Assembly (NCBI GenBank): GCA_964016885.1
Contig: OZ024741.1
Coordinates: forward strand, 399,838,001-399,902,000
Source: Eledone cirrhosa
Taxonomy: Eukaryota
Reading direction: 5' to 3'
DNA length: 64,000 nucleotides
The position numbers and the translations under genes are program-made. This document shows, piece by piece, positions 56,539 through 64,000 of this stretch (positions are counted from its first letter, which is position 1; each line of letters begins with the position of its first letter). The notes under the pieces are model-generated. The model made no database searches, was not told the origin of the DNA, and saw only the letters and a list, made by a program, of their open reading frames with translations.

Positions 56539-56907
56539 TTAATCTCTTCTTTGTCAATAGTGTATCATACTGCATCCTTTTATGCACCTTTTTAATAAAT
56601 GATAAAAAAAAAATGTGTTCTGCCGGTCAATAGAGTTCGACAAGATCCCAGACCTCATTACTGAGTGAGGTGGAACTCTTCAGAACAGACCAAGAAAACA
56701 ATGTTTCCATTGGTCTTTCAATTGCTGATATTATCTGCTGGCTGCAACTCCTGGCAGATCAAGATACTTGACGGAATCAATCGACACGATCCCAAATCTC
56801 ATTCACATACTGAGTGAGGTAGAACTCGTCAAATCAGACCAAGGAAACATTGGTCTTTCCATTGCTATTATCTACTGGTCACAACTCCTCTAATGCCATA
56901 CCATATA

Positions 56908-57827
56908 CACGAAGTGTGTCAGAAAAGTTCCAGGACTGATGTCACAATGGATTTATTTCAAACCCAAACTTCACACTAAGAGTTTTCTCCTTCCAAGTAA
57001 TCCACCTGGAGTATGTAACTGTAATCTTAGCTCTCTGCAACAATCAAACTTTTTTCTTCATAATTTTATATACATGTCCTCTGTTTCAGGTCGTCAAGCA
57101 ATGAGCACAGAGCAACGAACAAACTTGACGTTTCTGGTACGCTTGGGGAAAACTCCGTCAGAAGCACTGGGATTGTTGCAGCAAGTGTATGGAGATGAGA
57201 CGATGTTATGCTCACATGTTTTTGAGTGCTGCAAGAGGTTTAAAGAAGGACACAAGGATGTGGAAGATGACCCCAGAAGCGGAAGGCCCTCAACAACCAG
57301 AACTGAGGTCAACGTTGAGCGCGTCAGGCAGATGGTGTGTAGCGGTCGTCGGCTGACTGTTCGACTGATGGCAAATGAGCTGGGCATGAATCGGGACAGC
57401 GTCTGGAAGATTCTCACTGAAGGTTGGACATGCAGAAAGTCTGCGCGAAGATGGTGCCAAAACTGCTGAACGATGGCCAGAAGGGTCGACGCATGCAAGT
57501 GTGCCAGGACATCCTCGAGCATCTTGAAACTGAACCAGACTTGCTAGGGACAGTCATCACCGGTGATGAGTCATGGATTTTCGAGTACGACCCGGAGGGG
57601 ACCCGTTTTGAAGACATGGACAACATCAAAAAGGCCGTGACGACGGAACTGCGGAGGATCCTGGAAGAATCCTTCCAGGAGTGCATGCAAGCATGGCAGA
57701 AAAGGATGGAAAAGTGCATTAGACTCCAGGGGGATTACTTTGAAGGAGAAAACTCTTAGTGTGAAGTTTGGGTTTGAAATAAATCTTTTGTGACATCAGT
57801 CCTGGAACTTTTGTGACACACCTCGTA
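56908..57827 (+). mobile_element. Mariner transposon, internally deleted, ~100-bp TIRs, TA TSD
   Basis: TA|CACGAAGTGTGTC...GACACACCTCGTA|TA; HTH region (EDDPRSGRP), MVPKLL, ITGDESW then a jump to GTRFED; second and third catalytic Asp missing. Confidence 0.93.
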
Positions 57828-58753
57828 TAGTTTGGAACGTCCCACTGGACCACCAAAGATAGAAGAGAATATCTAATGAAATATACCACTTATGTTTTTC
57901 TATTGATCTTTTTTGGTGGGTAAATAATCAACAATTTGAAGGAATTTAATAAAATAACTAAGCCTATTATTAAACTGCTGTTTAGTACATAGTTTAGCAA
58001 AGATATTAACCACTAAGCTATGCGCCTTTAGTGAAGTGGTTAGAGCATTGGGCTTGCAATCAAAGGGTTGTGAGCTTGATTCTCAGACCGGGTGATGTGT
58101 TGTGTCATTTAACAAGACACTTTATTTCACATTGCTCCAGTTTACTCAGCTGTAGAAATGAGTTGCGATCCTTCCAAATGGTAGTTCCAGCAGTAGTTCC
58201 AGTTGCATGCATCGAAAGACTGGTGTAGTGGTTCTGAGAACAATGCGGCTTTGCAGATGATCAATGTTAATTGACAATGAAAAGGCGCTCCCGCTCGAGT
58301 TAGAAGAGAACTATTGACCTTCAGGAGAAGCAGTGACCCCTGATTGTATTCAGCAACCAAAACAAATATGAAGTACACCAAATCCAATACTCCTAGGGGC
58401 GGCCCTGGTTCTTCTTATTTGTGAGTGTAAACTCAGCCAAAGTAGATTAGATTAAGAAAGATATTCTCCCATAACATTTTATACTTAAATGTATTCGTGA
58501 GTTTTGTATGGAATAATAATATTCGATTCCATTGCAAGCAAACAGCCTCATTATGTTTTTAGTTGACCATCACCATCCTTCTAGCGGTGTCTGTCATCTA
58601 AACAACATAGTGGAATGAGGCTGTTTGCTTGCAAACGTATCAAATATTATTATTATCACGAATACATTTAAGTATCTGTTATGTTAGAGTAAAAGAAAAT
58701 CAAATTCTAATTTTGATTGTATGAATAATTTAAAAGAGAAACAGCAGCAGCAG

Positions 58754-58791
<38 letters not shown>

Positions 58792-58989
58792 AGTAGTAGT
58801 GAGTAGTAGTGGTGGTGGTGGTCATGGTAGTGGTGGTGGTGGTAGTGATGGTAGTAGTGGTAGTGGTGGGGGAGGTAATGGTGGTAGTGGTTGTGGTAGT
58901 GGTGGTGGTGGTAGTGGTGGTGGTGGTGGTGGTGATAGTAGTAGTAGTAGCAGCAGTAGTAGTATAAAACATTCTAGGACTATACATAC

Positions 58990-59086
58990 CATTTCCTGCA
59001 ATCCATCATAACAACAGTACCAGGTTTGTAACTTTTCCCAGTAGAGAGGTCTGTACAGAGACACTCACTTATTGGGACACATATAT
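58990..59086 (-). CDS. Exon 1 (in window) of SCO-spondin/hemolectin/mucin-like gene; TIL end and VWC/TILa start
   Basis: ttcag acceptor, gtatgt donor; xICVPISECLCTDLSTGKSYKPGTVVMMDCRKC; 97 nt, phase 1 to 2, joins the next exon in frame. Confidence 0.85.
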
Positions 59087-59169
59087 CTGAAGGAAAACAT
59101 TAAATATGTTAGATCTGAGGTTCTCGAACTTTTGGAGTCACCACCCACCCTCAGCCCTGCCCCCTCACA

Positions 59170-59705
59170 GCCACGTAATACCCCCAAACTAACCACCCTC
59201 ATGACCATGTAATACCCTCAGCCCACCCCCACCCCTTCATGGCCATGTAATACCCTCACCCCTCACGGCCATGTAATACCCTCACCCCTCACAGTCATGT
59301 AATACCTTCACCCCTCACAGTCATGTAATACCCTCACCCCTCACAGTCATGTAATGCACTCACTCCTCACGGCCATCTAATACCCTCATCCCTCACAGAC
59401 ATGTAATACCCTCACCCCTTATGGCCATGTAATACCCTCACCCCTCACAGTCATGTAATACCCTCACCCCTCACAGTCATGTAATACCCTCACCCCTCAC
59501 AGTCATGTAATACCCTCACCCCTCATGGCCACATAATACCCTCATCCCTCACAGCCATGTAATACCCTCACCCCTCACGGCCATGTAATACCCTCACCCC
59601 TCAGTCATGTAATACCCTCACCCCTCACAGTCATGTAATACCCTCACACCTCACGGCCATGTAATACCCTCACCCCTCGCGGCCATGTAATACCCTCAGC
59701 TAACC
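59170..59705. repeat. 26-bp minisatellite
   Basis: catgtaataccctcacccctcacagt about 20 times. Confidence 0.92.
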
Positions 59706-59708
59706 CCC

Positions 59709-62700
59709 TCATCTAACCTATATGGTCATCTGACTGGTCAAGCCCCAGAACATGACAACCCATCTAACCCATATGGTCATCTGACTGGTCAAGCTCCAGA
59801 ACATGATAACCCATCTAACCCATATGGTCACTTGACTAGTCAAGCCCCAGAACATGACAACCCATCTAACCCATGTGATCATCTGACTGGTCAAGCTCCA
59901 GAACATGATAACCCATCTAACCCATATGGTCACTTGACTAGTCAAGCCCCAGAACATGACAAGCCATCTAACCCATATGGTCACCTGACTGGTCAAGCCC
60001 CAGAACATGACAACCCATCTAACCCATATGGTCACCTGACTGGTCAAGCCCCAGAACATGATAACCCATCTAACCCATATGGTCACCTGACTGGTCAAGC
60101 CCCAGAACATGACAACCCATCTAACCCATATGGTCACCTGACCGGTCAAGCGCCAGAACATGACAACCGGTCTAACTCATATGGTCATCTGACTGGTCAA
60201 GCCCCAGAACATGACAACCCATCTAACCCATATGGTCACCTGGCTGGTCAAGCCCAAGAACATAGCAAACCATCAAACCCATATGGTCACCTGGCTGGTC
60301 AAGCCAAATAACATGACAACCCATCTAACCCATATGGTCACCTGACTGGTCAAAGCCCCAGAACATGACAACCCATCTAACCCATATGGTCACCTGACTG
60401 GTCAAGCCCCAGAACATGACAACCCATTTAACCCATATGGTCATCTGACTGGTCAAGCCCCAGAAAATGACAACCCATCTAACCCATATGGTCACCTGAC
60501 TGGTCAAGCCCCAGAACATGACAACCCATCTAACCCATATGGTTATCTGACTGGTCAAGCCCCAGAAAATGACAACCCATCTAACCCATATGGTCACCTG
60601 ACTGGTCAAGCCCCAGAACATGACACCCCATCTAACCCATATGGTCACCTGTCCGGTCAAGCGCCAGAACATGACAACCCATCTAACTCATATGGTCATC
60701 TGACTGGTCAAGCCCCAGAACATGACAACCCATCTAACCCATATGGTCATTTGACTGGTCAAGCCCCAGAACATAACCCATCAAACCCATATGGTCATCT
60801 GACTGGTCAAGCGCCAGAACATGACAACCCATCTAACCCATATGGTCACCTGACTGGTAAAAGCCCCAGAACATGACAACCCATCTAATCCATGTGGTCA
60901 CCTGACTGGTCAAGCCCCAGAACCTGACAACCCATCTAACCCATATGGTCACCTGACTGGTCAAGCCCCAGAACATGACAACCCATCTAACCCATATGGT
61001 CACCTGACTGGTCAAGCCCCAGCACATGACAACCCATCTAACCCATATGGTCATTTGACTGGTCAAGCCCCAGAACATAACCTATCTAACCCATATGGTC
61101 ACCTGACTGGTCAAGCCAAAGAACATGACAACCCATCTAACCCATATGGTCACCTGACTGGTCAAAGCCCCAGAATATGACAACCCATCTAACCCATATG
61201 GTCACCTGACTGGTCAAGCCTCAGAAAATGACAACCCATCTAACCCATATGGTCATCTGACTGGTCAAGCCCCAGAACATGACAACCCATCTAACCCATA
61301 TGGTCACCTGACTGGTCAAGCCCCAGAACATGACCCATCTAACCCATGTGGTCACCTGACTGGTCAAACCCCAGAACATGACAACCCATCTAACCCATGT
61401 GGTCACCTTACTGGTCAAGCCCCAGAACATGGCAACCCATCTAACCCATGTGGTCATCTGACTGGTCAAGCCCCAAAACATGACAAACCATCTAATCCAT
61501 GTGGTCACCTGACTGGTCAAGCCCCAGAACCTGACAACCCATCTAACCCATATGGTCACCTGACTGGTCAAGCCCCAGAACATAACCCATCTAACCCATG
61601 TGGTCACCTGACTGGTCAAGCGCCAGAACATGACAACCCATCTAACCCATATGGTCACCTGACTGGTCAAAGCCCCAGAACATGATAACCCATCAAACCC
61701 ATATGGTCATCTGACTGGTCAAGCCCCAGAACATGACAACCCATCTAAGCCATATGGTCACCTGGCTGGTCAAGCCCAAGAACAGCAAACCATCTAACCC
61801 ATATGGTCACCTGGCTGGTCAAGCCAAAGAACATGACAACCCATCTAACCCATATGGTCACCTGACTGGTCAAAGCCACAGAACATGACAACCCATCTAA
61901 CCCATATGGTCACCTGACTGGTCAAGCCTCAGAACATGACAACCCATCTAACCCATATGGTCATCTGACTGGTCAAGCCCCAGAACAGGACAACCCATCT
62001 AACCCATATGGTCATCTGACTGGTCAAGCCCCAGAACATGACAACCCATCTAAGCCATATGGTCACCTGGCTGGTCAAGCCCAAGAACATAGCAAACCAT
62101 CTAACCCATATGGTCACCTGGCTGGTCAAGCCAAAGAACATGACAACCCATCTAACCCATATGGTCACCTGACTGGTCAAAGCCCCAGAACATGACAAGC
62201 CATCTAACCCATATGGTCACCTGACTGGTCAAGCCTCAGAACATGACAACCCATCTAACCAATATGGTCATCTGACTGGTCAAGCCCCAGAACATGACAA
62301 CCCATCTAACCCATATGGTCACCTGACTGGTCAAGCCCCAGAACATAACCCATCTAACCCATGTGGTCACCTGACTGGTCAAACCCCAGAACATGACAAC
62401 CCATCTAACCCATGTGGTCACCTTACTGGTCAAGCCCCAGAACATGGCAACCCATCTAACTCATGTTGTCATCTGACTGGTCAAGCCCCAAAACATGACA
62501 ACCCATCTAATCCATGTGGTCACCTGACTGGTCAAGCCCCAGAACCTGACAACCCATCTAACCCATATGGTCACCTGACAGGTCAAGCCCCAGAACATAA
62601 CCCATCTAACCCATGTGGTCACCTGACTGGTCAAGCCCCAAAACATGATAACCCATCTAACCCATGTGGTCACCTGACTGGTGAAGCCCCAGAACATAAC

Positions 62701-64000
62701 CCATCTAAACCATATGGTCACCTGACTGGTCAAGCCCCTGAACATGACAACCCATCTAACCCATATGGTCACCTGACTGGTCAAGCCCCAGAACATAACC
62801 CATCTAACCCATGTGGTCACCTGACTGGTCAAACCCCAGAACATGACAACCCATCTAACCCATGTGGTCACCTTACTGGTCAAGCCCCAGAATATGTCAA
62901 CCCATCTAACCCATGTGGTCATCTGGCTGGTCAAGCCCCAAAACATGACAACCCATCTAATCCATGTGGTCACCTGACTGGTCAAGCCCCAGAACCTGAC
63001 AACCCATCTAACACATATGGTCACCTGACTGATCAAGCCCCAGAACATGACAACCCATCTAAACCATATGGTCACCTGACTGGTCAAGCGCCAGAACATG
63101 ACAACCCATCTAACTCATATGGTCATCTGACTGGTCAAGCCCCAGAACATGACAACCCATCTAACCCATATGTTCATTTGACTGGTCAAGCTCCAGAACA
63201 TGATAACCTATCTAACCCATATGGTCACCTGACTGGTTAAGCCCCAGAACATGACACCCCATCTAACTCATATGGTCACCTGACTGGTCAAGCCCCAGAA
63301 TATGACAACCCATCTAACTGATATGGTCATCTAACTGGTCAAGCCCCAGAACATGACAACCCATCTAATCCATGTGGTCACCTGACTGGTCAAGCCCCAG
63401 AACATGACTACCCATCTAACCCATATGGTCACCTGACTGGTCAAGTCCCAGAACATGACAACCCATCTAACCCATGTGGTCATCTGACTGGTCAAGCCCC
63501 AAAACATGACAACCCATCTAACCCATGTGGTCATCTGACTGGTCAAGCTCCAAAACATGACAACCCATCTAACCCATATGGTCACCTGACTGGTCAAGCC
63601 CCACAACATGACAAACCATCTAACCCATACGGTCACCTGACTGGTCAAGCCCCAGAACATGACAAACCATCTAACCCATATGGTCACCTGACTGGTCAAG
63701 CCCCAGAACATGACAAACCATCTAACCCATATGGTCACCTGGCTGGTCAAGCCCAAGAACATAGCAAACCATCTAACCCATATGGTCACCTGGCTGGTCA
63801 AGCCTCAGAACATGACAACCCATCTAACCCATATGGTCATCTGACTGGTCAAGCCCCAGAACATGACAACCCATCTAACCCATATGGTCACCTGACTGGT
63901 CAAGCCCCAGAACATAACCCATCTAACCCATGTGGTCACCTGACTGGTCAAACCCCAGAACATGACAACCCATCTAACCCATGTGGTCACCTTACTGGTC
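59709..64000. repeat. 51-bp satellite, more than 80 units, runs off the window end
   Basis: ccatctaacccatatggtcacctgactggtcaagccccagaacatgacaac with 48- and 52-bp variants. Confidence 0.96.

Noticed and set aside
59718-63990. Trp-rich repetitive ORFs
   Set aside because: Translations of the 51-bp satellite, interrupted by stops and frameshifts.

Overview
AT-rich, repeat-dense animal genomic DNA. The SINE, RTE and (TA)n content points to a cephalopod such as Octopus (inference). One large minus-strand gene spans the window. I reconstructed 17 GT-AG exons (59086 down to 2611) whose phases all join into one frame of 2462 nt (~820 aa). Neither start nor stop codon is in the window. The protein is a Cys-rich mosaic of TIL, VWC-like, LDL-receptor class A, F5/8 type C (discoidin)-like and Thr/Ser/Pro-rich modules, i.e. 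SCO-spondin/hemolectin/mucin-VWF superfamily. The introns hold two RTE LINEs with a PHD-like finger inside the RT, CRE-like RLE retrotransposon fragments, tRNA-derived SINEs, two Tc1/mariner elements, piggyBac-like MITEs, over 10 tandem arrays and a 200-N gap. Most notable: (1) about ten minimal type-I hammerhead ribozyme motifs of the Penelope-associated kind, a few apparently intact, several in long inverted repeats and several sense to the host pre-mRNA; (2) several kb-scale satellites visibly derived from internal pieces of transposons, including one MITE family seen with about 1, 9 and 60 units. The very long ORFs in the track are probably by-products of repeat units divisible by 3.
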